Part shown: piece by piece, positions 11,953-22,500 of the stretch | How positions within the stretch are numbered: position 1 is the first letter of the stretch | Layout of the letters: each line of letters starts with the position of its first letter | Assembly: GCA_964492125.1 (NCBI GenBank) | Contig: CAZBJE010000005.1 | Span: 8,964-72,963 of the forward strand | Direction: 5' to 3' | Origin: an uncultured Pseudobdellovibrionaceae bacterium | GTDB lineage: Bacteria; Bdellovibrionota; FAC87; UBA2466 | Length of the DNA stretch: 64,000 nt | The notes under the pieces: generated by a model | The model's database searches: none | The model's input: only the letters and a program-made list of their open reading frames with translations | What the model was told of the DNA's origin: nothing | Program-made: the position numbers and the translations under genes

Positions 11953-14224
11953 ACTTCTTGCCGTCGCCTGCTTGCTGGGGGTTTTGGCGGGAGAATTGCG
12001 CGCCGAAGTCCCAAAGGGCGTGCAGTTTAAAGCCGACTATTACCAGCGCGATCTCTCCAGCAATACTTTGCGGGGCAAAGGCAACGCATGGATCCGTAGC
12101 GGCGGCCAAGAACTCTTTGGCGACGAAATTGAAGTCGATTTCGGCACCAATCTTGGTACCGCCAGCGGCCACGTGCGCATGGTCGACGGCGACACCCAGG
12201 TCACCTGCGCGCATGCGAGTTTCAATTTAAAGGGGCAAGACGCAACCTTCGACAAAGCCACACTCGCCAGTGGGCAAATGGTGGTTACCGGTGAAACCAT
12301 CCGACGCATCAATGCGCTGGAGTACGAAGTACTCGAGGCCACCTACTCCAATTGCAACGTGGATCAAATTGCGCCGCCCGAAGCGGGAATTTGCCCGATG
12401 GATTGGAAGTTTTCTGGTCGCCGGTTTCGCATCACCATGGGTGGTTATGCGCATTTCTACGATGTCATGGTCAGCGCCAAGGGCATTCCCTTTTTCTACA
12501 CCCCCTACGCAATGATCCCCGTGAAGACCGAGCGGGAAACCGGCTTCCTGATGCCCACCATGCCCTGGACCGCTACGCTCGGCACCGGGGTGGGCTTGCC
12601 TTTTTTCTGGGCCATCAATGAATGGTCGGATCTTTTGATTCGCCCCACCTACTATTCCAGCACCGGCGTGCACCTGGGGTTGAATTACCGCTACGCTTAT
12701 TCGCCGGACAAAAACGGAACCTTTAATCTCTTCCTCGCATCTCGCCGCTTCAGCGGCCCGGACAACCCCAACCCCGACGACACCAGCCGTGGACGTTGGC
12801 TGGGAATATGGGGCGAAGGCGCAGTAGAGGCCATGAACATTTATCGACTCACTGGCTCGCGCCTGCAGAGCAGACAAATGCTCAATTTCGTGAGCAACCC
12901 CTACTACACTTATGACTACGCGGCCGACGTAGGCCGGCGCGCCGACCTAGGTAACTTGCGTTCTCAAGTGACTCTCACCATGCCCGGCGACGAGTGGATG
13001 ATGACGGCGCAAGCGCAGTATTTACAGTCGCTGGTCGTGTCGGCACCCAACGAGCCCACCAACCCGAACACACTCAATATCGATGGCGGTGGAGCCAGTC
13101 AGTTGCCGATCATCACGGTTGCCAAGACCACCACCCCGTTTTTGGGGCAGTTGTTTTCGTACGAGCTCGATACCCAATTCACTAATTTCACCCGAAGTAC
13201 GGCAACAGACGTTCTGACCAATAATTCGCTCCCCTCCACTATCACGCCATTAGCGGCACCGGTGGACTACGTGCGTACTGGTCGACGGCTGCAGATTGAA
13301 CCACGCTTGGTCTTCAACGTCCCGGCGCCAGCAGGCTTTCAGATTCAGCCGCTCCTACGGACCGGCACCTTGTTCTACCAATTCGACGCGCCTCAGCCGG
13401 CGGTACGCCACCGCGAATACCTCGAAGTGGAAATCCCTTTCGCCATGCAGATGTCGCGGGTTTTTAATACGTCGATCGCTGGCTTTGAGAAGGTCAGCCA
13501 CGTTTTCCAACCGCGCTTTATTTATTCGGGAAGTCTTTTACAAACCGGTGGAGACGATCACGCATTTTTTTACACCGACGCCGCGCGTGGTTTATCCAAC
13601 CCACGTTTTGACATCATCGACCAGATCACCCCGTTCGAATACATGCGTTTTGAATTGATTAACCGCTTTCAACGTAAAAACGGCGACAAAGCCGAACGCT
13701 TTTTCTGGTTTCAGGTTTCGGAGCAGTACAACTTAAAAACGTCCGCAAGCGATCCTCGTTTCATCAATGCCCTGGGACCGATCGAGCTATTTAGTTCTTT
13801 GAGCTTGGGCAAGTACAGCATGCAGCTGACCGCTACCTTTCCGCTGCAAGAAACCACAAAACTGCTCGACCAAGCCGTTACGCCAGTGCGCGAGTCGACG
13901 GTATCCACTGGGATATCCTACGCGGCCGGCGGCAAAAATCTGATCTCGCTCAACGGCCTATACCGGCTCTCCGCCAATCCGGCACTCAATGCGCAGATGG
14001 CGAATTTGTACTTGTTTCAAGAGTTGCCTACCTTTTTCGATTTTGAAGGTTCGGTGGAGTACAACTTCATCACCCATAAGATTTACGGCTATAAAGTAGG
14101 TTTGCACTTTCGCTCCAAGCCGCGCTCCTGTTGGGCGTTTTCAGTGGCGGTGGGCCAGAACTCTTTTGGCACCCAGTTCACCAATCTGGGCTTTAACCTG
14201 AACTTGGGGTCCCCGAGTGGCTGA
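11897..14224 (+). CDS. lptD: LPS-assembly protein LptD (OstA family)
   Basis: 775 aa with an OstA-like N-terminal domain (GNAWIRSGGQELFGDEIEVDFGTNLGTASGHVRMVDGD) and a long C-terminal beta-barrel. The start is uncertain; the annotated ATG overlaps the thiolase 3' end by 56 nt. Confidence 0.8.
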   Translation: MVRLASAGARELRFLSKYRLLAVACLLGVLAGELRAEVPKGVQFKADYYQRDLSSNTLRGKGNAWIRSGGQELFGDEIEVDFGTNLGTASGHVRMVDGDTQVTCAHASFNLKGQDATFDKATLASGQMVVTGETIRRINALEYEVLEATYSNCNVDQIAPPEAGICPMDWKFSGRRFRITMGGYAHFYDVMVSAKGIPFFYTPYAMIPVKTERETGFLMPTMPWTATLGTGVGLPFFWAINEWSDLLIRPTYYSSTGVHLGLNYRYAYSPDKNGTFNLFLASRRFSGPDNPNPDDTSRGRWLGIWGEGAVEAMNIYRLTGSRLQSRQMLNFVSNPYYTYDYAADVGRRADLGNLRSQVTLTMPGDEWMMTAQAQYLQSLVVSAPNEPTNPNTLNIDGGGASQLPIITVAKTTTPFLGQLFSYELDTQFTNFTRSTATDVLTNNSLPSTITPLAAPVDYVRTGRRLQIEPRLVFNVPAPAGFQIQPLLRTGTLFYQFDAPQPAVRHREYLEVEIPFAMQMSRVFNTSIAGFEKVSHVFQPRFIYSGSLLQTGGDDHAFFYTDAARGLSNPRFDIIDQITPFEYMRFELINRFQRKNGDKAERFFWFQVSEQYNLKTSASDPRFINALGPIELFSSLSLGKYSMQLTATFPLQETTKLLDQAVTPVRESTVSTGISYAAGGKNLISLNGLYRLSANPALNAQMANLYLFQELPTFFDFEGSVEYNFITHKIYGYKVGLHFRSKPRSCWAFSVAVGQNSFGTQFTNLGFNLNLGSPSG

Positions 14225-14963
14225 GAAAACACTATGGGTACTGGGAGTGCCGCTAAGCGACCACACCGACCTACCCGCGCAAACTTTGGAACGGATCGCC
14301 CAAGCCGATATTGTGATCGGCGAAAGCCGCAAGTCGAGTTTCCGGTTCTTGGCCCAGGTGCCCGGAGGCAAGAGCAAGCCGCTCTTTCTTACCGATGAAT
14401 CCGCGCGCCCCGAGGAAAAGGATTGGCTACCAGCTCTGAAAGCGCTTGCGCAAACGGGCGGGTCGGTAGCGCTGTTTTCCGACACTGGGATGCCGCTGCT
14501 TTTTGATCCGGGCCGGGAAGTACTGGTGGAGTGCCGCAAACTCGGGTTCACGATTCGCTCGGTGAGCGCGGCCACGTCATGGGGCAGTGCTTGCGCTTTG
14601 ACGGGGTGGGATCCTCCTTTTTGCGTAGCCGGTTTTCCACCCCGCGAAAACCGAGATCGGGAAGCCTTTTGGAAGACTCTTCGACAGAGCCCACAGCACT
14701 GTGTGATAATGGAGAGACCGTATCGTTTTCTCGCCTTGCTCGGTGAATGCCGAGAAGTTTTTGGTAAAACCCGGCCCGCGTTTCTGGCCTGGGAGCTGGA
14801 CTCCCCAGAAGAAATTCTTGTCTGGGGAACCCTCGAAGAGCTGGAGAAAAAAGCCGGCGCTTTTCCAAAGACCAAGGGCGAATTTGTCGTGGTTGTGAAG
14901 GGGATCCCATTAGCACGAACACCCGATCCGAAAGGACCCTCTTCTTCTCGCTCTGGGCGGTGA
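14217..14963 (+). CDS. 16S rRNA (cytidine1402-2'-O)-methyltransferase RsmI-like (tetrapyrrole-methylase family)
   Basis: 248 aa. The N-terminal LWVLGVPLSDHTDL...ADIVIGE and C-terminal PAFLAWELDSPEEIL...EFVVVVKG patterns match the RsmI family. It overlaps the lptD stop by 8 nt. Confidence 0.6.
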   Translation: MAEKTLWVLGVPLSDHTDLPAQTLERIAQADIVIGESRKSSFRFLAQVPGGKSKPLFLTDESARPEEKDWLPALKALAQTGGSVALFSDTGMPLLFDPGREVLVECRKLGFTIRSVSAATSWGSACALTGWDPPFCVAGFPPRENRDREAFWKTLRQSPQHCVIMERPYRFLALLGECREVFGKTRPAFLAWELDSPEEILVWGTLEELEKKAGAFPKTKGEFVVVVKGIPLARTPDPKGPSSSRSGR

Positions 14964-15319
14964 TTTTGCTCGCGGCCGCAATCTGGCGCTTCTACCCCGC
15001 TTCTTCTCACCACGACACCACCATCGTCCCGGTTGAACTGGCCCCGGAACTTTCCTCCTGGGTCGCCTCCGCTACCACGGTCGAAATCCAACCTAGCCGT
15101 TATGAAGTAGAGCTGGGATTGAAACCGGCTTTTGCCGAATCCTTACGCGGCGGAACCCGCACCGCTCAACTGGGGTATGGCTTTAGAGGACCTAGCGGCA
15201 CGCTCTTTCAAGGTGTCGCCCCTTGTCGCTTTGACGGCGGAAAACCCAATTTAAAGATTTCGCTACCCAATCCTGATCGCGTTTCTGCGCGCGGGATACA
15301 CCTCTACCTGGCGCGCTAA
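14960..15319 (+). CDS. Hypothetical small protein (GTG start)
   Basis: 119-aa ORF with a hydrophobic N-terminus, overlapping the rsmI-like stop. There is no homology evidence and it could be spurious. Confidence 0.25.
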   Translation: MILLAAAIWRFYPASSHHDTTIVPVELAPELSSWVASATTVEIQPSRYEVELGLKPAFAESLRGGTRTAQLGYGFRGPSGTLFQGVAPCRFDGGKPNLKISLPNPDRVSARGIHLYLAR

Positions 15320-15354
15320 CGGGTTAGTCCGTTTGTCGTGTAAAATAGGTCTTT

Positions 15355-16467
15355 ATGCCGAACCCACCTGCTCCGTTTCCCAGAAAAGATGGCCTTGTTC
15401 TCGCTGCGGGCAGTGCCCGTGCGGCTTTCCAGGCTGGTGTCCTGCGTTATATGGCCGAGAATTTCCCCGATTTCAAACCGACGGTATTTACCGGGATCTC
15501 GGCCGGCAGCATCAACGCCTGCTACCTCGCCCAAGGGGAACCGTTTCCAGAATCGGCGGTGGCGCTATACAAGCTTTGGGAAAGCCTCACTTTCGACCAA
15601 GTTTTTCAAACCAATTTCCAGTCGATCGCGTCGATGGGTTTACGCTGGGTCTACGACTTATTTGCGTCGAAAATTACTAAAAAGATTTTACTCAAATCAC
15701 TCCTCGACGCGAGCCCCTTGGCCATGACGCTTTTGAACAACATCCACTTTTGGAAGATCTCCAAAGCTATCCAGATGGGATTAGTCGACGGCGTTTCGGT
15801 CACCGCGACCAATTACCACAACGGCTGCTCCACGGTATTTTTCGATTCTCACGCGGGCGTAGAAGCCTGGACTCGCGAACAACGCCGCTCAGAGCGCACC
15901 AACATCCGCGCGCGCCACATTATGGCCTCGTGCTCGTTGCCCTTGCTCTTTCCACCCATCCGTATCGGCAACGCTCTCTACGGCGACGGTTCCCTGCGCT
16001 TTAATTTTCCATTTAGCCCCGCGATTCGCATGGGCGCGACCCACGTATTGGCGATTAGTATCCGACCCCGCAAAATCGACGATATCACCACCACTCCCAA
16101 CCCCGACCATATCGGCATGGGCTTTATCGCGGGCGCGGTCCTGAACTCCATTTTTTCGGACAGCGTGGAGCAAGATTACGAAAACGTTTGCCGCATCAAT
16201 AAATTTACCGGCAAAGACGAACGCAAAGTCTACCCGTTCTTGATCCGCCCCAGCGAAGACCCTGCGACAATAGCCCGCTATTTCCGCAAAGAAATCCCGT
16301 TCCACTTCCGGCAATTGATTGGAAGCACCGCAGGCCCCGACGAAGCCGGCGACTTGCTCAGCTACTTGATGTTCTCACCAGGCTATATCCGCGCGCTGCT
16401 TTCACTGGGTTATAAAGACGCTGCCGCCCAACACGACCAAATCAAAGAGGCGCTAAGACTAGCCTAG
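15355..16467 (+). CDS. Patatin-like phospholipase
   Basis: 370 aa with the oxyanion-hole region LVLAAGSARAAFQAGVLRYM, the GxSxG nucleophile motif GISAGS, and the catalytic Asp in a DGS context (LYGDGSLRFN). No signal peptide is present. Confidence 0.8.
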   Translation: MPNPPAPFPRKDGLVLAAGSARAAFQAGVLRYMAENFPDFKPTVFTGISAGSINACYLAQGEPFPESAVALYKLWESLTFDQVFQTNFQSIASMGLRWVYDLFASKITKKILLKSLLDASPLAMTLLNNIHFWKISKAIQMGLVDGVSVTATNYHNGCSTVFFDSHAGVEAWTREQRRSERTNIRARHIMASCSLPLLFPPIRIGNALYGDGSLRFNFPFSPAIRMGATHVLAISIRPRKIDDITTTPNPDHIGMGFIAGAVLNSIFSDSVEQDYENVCRINKFTGKDERKVYPFLIRPSEDPATIARYFRKEIPFHFRQLIGSTAGPDEAGDLLSYLMFSPGYIRALLSLGYKDAAAQHDQIKEALRLA

Positions 16468-16560
16468 ACCACTAAATATCTGTTTACTTTCAGCTAGTTA
16501 AACTCAGCCAATTGAACTCCAAGCTCATCCATAGTACACTGCGTCACTTTTTCCGTCGGA

Positions 16561-19500
16561 GTGGGGCTGGTGCGGCGTTTATTCTCAAATACATGGGCGA
16601 TCTGCGTTTTCCTCGCCATCGCCTTTTCCTCCACCGTTTGGGCACAACCCTGCCCCCCGGAGCTGCTGAAATTCGCCCAAATCCAGGAAATGCTCGCGCA
16701 GGGCACTCCCGGTGCCCAGGAACTTCTCCAATTCCCAGCACCCTTTCTCCGAGACAGTTTCGCACAACTTGAAGAGCACCAAAGTATTGGACTCACCGTT
16801 CTGTACCCAGAGGCGTTTGGCTACTTTCAGCACCATCTCCTCAAGACTCTCTACGCCGAAACGCCCGATAGAGTTTCTCCGCGAGTAAAATTGGAGGACA
16901 CCTGGTCGGAGTGGCTTGTTCTAGAATCCCTTCAGAGCCCCACACAAATACCGCTGCGCGATCATCTCGGGCTCGCACCCATCGATCTTTCGAGTCGGCC
17001 GGTTGTACTGTCTGAAGCTCACCGCCAGCTGCGCTCCCAGCATTGGATCTCCGCCGATGCCGTACCGCTTTTTTGGTCTCCCGTTTTCAGCCATTTGGAA
17101 TGGCTCAAGCAGTTTGGGTGTTCGCGCGAAAACGGTGTGCAAAGCTGGCTTTCCAACACCAGTTGCTTGGGCACATTGCGCAGTCTCTACGGGGCATTGA
17201 CCGAAGCGTGGTTATTAGCGCCTCGGGAAAACTGGATCCCTGGCGGAGCGATTCGGGTGGGAGGAAAACTCCATGCCGACGGATGGAGAATTTCGTTTGA
17301 GGGCGGACATCTTGTTCTCGAGAGCCTCACCGAAATCAAACCAAGCCTTGTGCGTTTTCACGCACGGGGGATGTACCAGATCCACGGCTTCCTGGAGCGA
17401 CTCTTAGAACCGGGCGCGCGGATTGAGGTTTATGGGCAGAAAATAGATACTGGCAAACTCCGCATCCGAACAAAACACGGTCTTGTGTCGCTTCCTATGC
17501 TTCGATCGCTCTTGGGAGCCCAACACTTCGAGAAATCGTCGATAGTCCTACCCGGCGCAGAAGCGCCCCCCATCGCCTACGACGGACGTTGGGGTGGTTT
17601 TGTGAAGCAATTTGAGGCGACTTTTGAACCCGAGTTTTTTGAATCGGTTCTGCCAAAGGACGAAGTGCCCTATGTCGCCTCCCACTTGGTGCATTTGCAA
17701 AATCGACCCGTTGGCATACAAACCCCAGGCCTATTCACTTTGGCGCAAAACCGGCAACGCTTTATTCAATTCATGGCATCTGTCATGGGGGATCCAGAAT
17801 CCGAGCCGCTCTTAAGTGCCGCGATCTTTCTAAAAGAAACGCATGAACACCGGGACCTTTTAGTGCATGTGGCCGTGCCAGGGACGTCCGGGATCGCGGA
17901 ACCAACCCCCACGGCACTGGAAAATCTCGACCCTCGAATCAAGAACGCAGACTACGCAGCTATTTTGGAGGAAGCAGTCCACCGCGACGTTTCCTATCAC
18001 CCCTTGGAATACCCAGCCAACACGCAAAAACGAGAGTTTCTCCTGCGCGTGCTGATGCCGTACGCGGGTTGGCGCACCCTGCTTTCAGCACCCTCCGCTT
18101 TCCGCCAGGTGGCTATCGACGACACTTCGCTCACTATTGAGCCGTACGGCAGCATGATGCCACTACGGGTAGAGTGGGTGCCTCAAACTATTTTGTCGGC
18201 ACCCGTTTGGGAAACCACCGGTGTACGTACCTTGAAAATCCCGCACGGGTACCGCTGGCCGAGCGATTCTTCGCTTTTTGAATTTTTCGACTACGGCTTG
18301 GTCAACCACGACCTGCATCGTTTCACGGCACCGGAGTGGGTAGAACGCCAACGCGCCGGACTCGGTGAGCCACGAGTAATCCTCAAGCCTGGCCAAAAAT
18401 ATATCTTGGATCGCTTTCGCACTACCCTCGATGCAAACCCGAACACTCGCCTGGAAGTCTACATACAAGGCCCCATGGCATACGGGAAAACCCTGATCCT
18501 CCACGAGGCATTGAAGGACCTTATCCGCCGCTCGCCATCTGGCACGACCAAACGAAACCTCTTTTTCGTTGTGACAGGCCAAAAACGGCTCGTTGAGCAA
18601 ATTTCGACAGAGCTCAAACGCAAGCGAGCACACGACCTTTCCGAGCCGGTGGATTTTACGCATCTCTCGTGGGAGACAGGAAATTCTCGCCAGCAATTCG
18701 GTTCTCTTTCGGAAATAGCGGATAAAGCGGCGCTCGAGGCGGCATCTGGCCGCACCGTGGTGGTTACTGTGAACTGGAGCTACCTAAACCAACGCACGAA
18801 AGAATCGTCCCCGGAGGCGATCGAGCGACTGAAAAACCAGCTAGCGGGCTTTTTTATCGACGAAGCGAATCAAGCTGGCGCTGACAGCAACCTAAACACC
18901 GTTTCCAACCTCACGGAAAATGTTCCAGAGATGGTCCTCTGGGGCCAAGAAGCTGTTGGGATAAACCGCAAAGTCATCCAAGACATCTTTCATGGAAATA
19001 TCTGGTGGGTAGTACCAACCGAAAACGAAAACCAAGATCCTGTCCAAGCTAGCCTCAGCCAAATGACCCGCAGCGTGCGCGACGGCCTGATTGCGCCAAT
19101 GGCGGAAAATGCCAGCGATAAGGTACTGATGCACTTTACGCCAGAGCAACTAGTCCGCAATCGTGCGCTACCTAAAGGCGCACAACCGCGGATGATCTAC
19201 CGAACAATTGCCGATGCTACACACCGCGAAGCGCTTTACGGGTACCTTGCGAATGACCTCGACCAAATGCTCCTGCGACACCGCGGCCTAATTCGAGTAG
19301 AAAACCAGCAACAGGCTTCGGACCTCGCAAACTACCTGCAGGCTTACCTCCATCGCGCGCGTGAATTGGAACCTTCTCGCCCGCAGCGCACCATCCGGGC
19401 CTATTTCGACGGCTCGCCCGATCACGATGGAGTGTATAGGGGACTTTCCAAAACCGAGGGCGCCGATCGCGTCGATTGGGCGGTGGTAGTTAAGCAATTT

Positions 19501-22500
19501 GATGGCGGCATCGATATTCCCCACCTCAGCGGACTGGTACTGATCACCGAAAAGATTGATCCGGAAACTTTCTTGGAATTTTTGGGCCGCTCATTGCGGC
19601 TTTACCCGGGCAAGGCACCGGTCGAGATTGTACAAATATCCGCGGCTCCCTCTTTGCCGGAAAGCCTTCTGGCGGGGCTAAAACGCAAACAGGAGGCTTT
19701 AGATGCCGCGGTTAGTTCCACCACCGGAGTACCGTCAGGAGATATTCCACCCGTCGTACTCGATACTCTTTCGCCCGTGGCTGTCCCCCAGGCGCCTGCT
19801 CCCGAGGCGGTCGCTCAAGTGGAGGCCAAGCGCCGGATAGCCTTTTCTCCGATCGGAATTCTTCCCGAGCTGACGGGTTCTCGCGATCAGATCCTTATTT
19901 CTCAATTGGCTCGGCTGGCGATTCACTTCGATAAGCCGAAACTTCAATGGGTACAAAACCATCCCGAAGCAGAGCTGCAATACCAAACGGAAATGAGAAT
20001 ACTGCTAGAATCGATCACGGATCTGGCGCCCAACTCCGTGCTTTCAGATTTTATTCGAAATTCAGATAGCAAACAGGATCCACGCCGTTTCGAAGTGTGG
20101 ACCCTATTCAACTATCTTCTGGCACCGGTGATGGACGAGTTCGTGCTGGTGCACCGCCCAGCCCAACCACCGGCAGAGCCGAGAGTATTTGAAGCGGAAT
20201 ACGAATTGGGTATTTACGAAGGCGGTGAAGAGAGGATTCTTCGGTACGTGCGCGCTGGGCCGAGCACCCAATTCACTTCCTGGCCTCCCACTGGCTATCC
20301 ATTAGAAAACCGACTGAACACTTTGCAAGCCAGGTGGCCCGAGGAGTGGCAGGATTTTCCCCAAGATACACCGCTTCAATCACTTGCCTTTGGGATAACA
20401 GAGCTAACCAAGCGATCCCACCAGTTCGCTATCGAGCTAGCACGGTGGCTTTCGATCAAGGCAAACCAGAATCCAGATCCACAGACCGTGCTGTTGTGGA
20501 CTGCCCGTTTTGGCAAACTGATTGACTGTTACCGTGCGCTTTTGCCCAACGAACCGAACCTCGAAGCGGCGGCGCGTCGAGTAGCATTCGGAAGCTTTGA
20601 TTTACAAAATTTACTTGTTTTTGCGGGTCGACTGCAAACAGATCTCCGTTTGCGTTACTCTCCGTTAGAGAGACTCCCTCTGCAGAAAACATGGACAGCT
20701 AGACTCTTTCCCCTTCCAGACTTTGAAGTAAATCTCCACGCGGACGTTCAAAAACTGGAAAGCGCCAGCGCCGTTCGGCCAAAAACCAAGCTGAACGCAA
20801 CCGAGATACATTCGATGGTGGACCCCTGGTTGGATCATCTGGGCGAAAAACTACCCGGCGAACGCAAACTCGTCGTGGAGGCCTATGAGTTTTTGAAGAA
20901 GGTTCAAACGACGTTGCGAAGAGCCAGGGATACTTCAAGCCCCATAGATTGGCAGGAACATTTTGAGTACGCCGAGGTGACACCAGAGAACCTCGTTGAA
21001 GAGCCTACTAAGAAGCTCGTCGTTATTCGACCTGGAGAGCTGGGCTCCCTGTCGGGCAACGAATGGGAATCGAAGCTAGCGTGGGTAGTCAAAGCAAAAG
21101 CATTGTTAGATCCGCGCAAATACGCGCTGGTTGAGAGCGAAATGAAAACCCGGGTTCCCGAAGGCCTGCAACGCCGTGTCTTTCTAAATTCGTGGCGCGT
21201 CCTGGAAATCATTCGGCTAGACAACGCTGTGATGGCAGTGGTCCGACGCTTTGGCGTTCAATCTGAGTTGGCAAAGGCGCTAATTTCAGAACTCGATTAC
21301 CTGAAAAACTTTGTGGCAACCGACGATCCCTCGAACCTTCTATCTTTTTTGAAGAACTCGCCGGTTCACTCGCGTCCGCTATCCACCCAAGTTCCATTTA
21401 CATTTTTTCTAAAAATGATCCCTTCGACAGAACTCATTACACCATCCGAGATCGACCTGAATAACCCAGACTCGATAATGGATCGCCTCCTCGGATACCC
21501 GGCTGAGGCTTCGGCGATCGTCGCTAGCCCGCTGGGCGAAAAAACGAGGCGCTTCTCAAATGTAGCCTCCCTGCTCTTCTTAGGTCCGCAAGACAGACGC
21601 ACTTTCGAACTAGACGCTCTGGTCAGAGTAGTAGGCCCCCGCCTTTCTGCTGCTCCCGAGCTCGAATACGAAGTGCGCTATTCACCAGAAATCTTGCTAG
21701 ACATGGATGCACAAATCGGCGGAACGCCCAAATTAGCAAAGTGGCCACTCACTGAGCAGATAGCAAAAGAACGAGTGGCGACACTGAAAGTTTCCGGGCC
21801 TTCTGCGCTCGATCAATTCGCCAACGCATGCGCCGCGCTCCACTTCTACCTTACAGCTGCCGGAGTTGAGGCAGAGCGGGCGTCTTGGCTTCTCAAAGGT
21901 GGTCAAACGGAAAGAATAAAGGGACTCATCCAGCAAGCCGACTTGTACCTTCGAGAGGGTTTGAGATTGAGTGCCGCACTCTTTGGCGGTGACGAACGTT
22001 TAGCGTTGCTCAAGCGAGTGTATGAGGAGAGTTATTCGGAGCAATCGAACCACCAGGCGGGACCCCTGCGGCAATCGGAGTTGATTCAAGGCATAATGAT
22101 TTCCGCCCACCACTGGATTAACGAACACTATTTTTCCATTGGCACGAGTAACCCTGAGACGGATCGATTCTTGATGCGAGCTAGTCGTTTTGCTTCCGTC
22201 CAAAAGGAAATAACGCTGAAGCAATTAAACGCCGACATTGCGAAGCTCGACCGTGCTGCTTCCTCTCTATCCGGCGATTCGAAACCTGACGCCGACTGGT
22301 TGGAGAATCCTCGCCAGCAGATAGGCGCAATCGTGAATCCGTGGTCAGACAACGAAGGGCTGCCACTACCAAGAGACCCAGGTGAAATGGCCCGATCGGC
22401 CTCTCAATTCATGCGAGAGATTCTCAACGACCTACGACAGTATGCAAACACCCCGGACCCGTTGCCTCTTGTGACAAGAATAGCATTCGCGCCCCCAAGC

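Noticed and set aside
12227-12877. 216-aa minus-strand ORF inside lptD
   Set aside because: It is antisense to lptD and has Gly/Ala/His-rich artefactual composition.
14141-15091. 316-aa ORF on the minus strand
   Set aside because: It is entirely antisense to the rsmI-like gene and the downstream ORF. It has Arg/Ser/Gly-rich composition typical of GC-rich antisense frames and no start context.
16494-16796. 100-aa minus-strand ORF spanning the giant-gene start
   Set aside because: It overlaps the signal-peptide-coding 5' end of the giant gene in antisense and is likely spurious.
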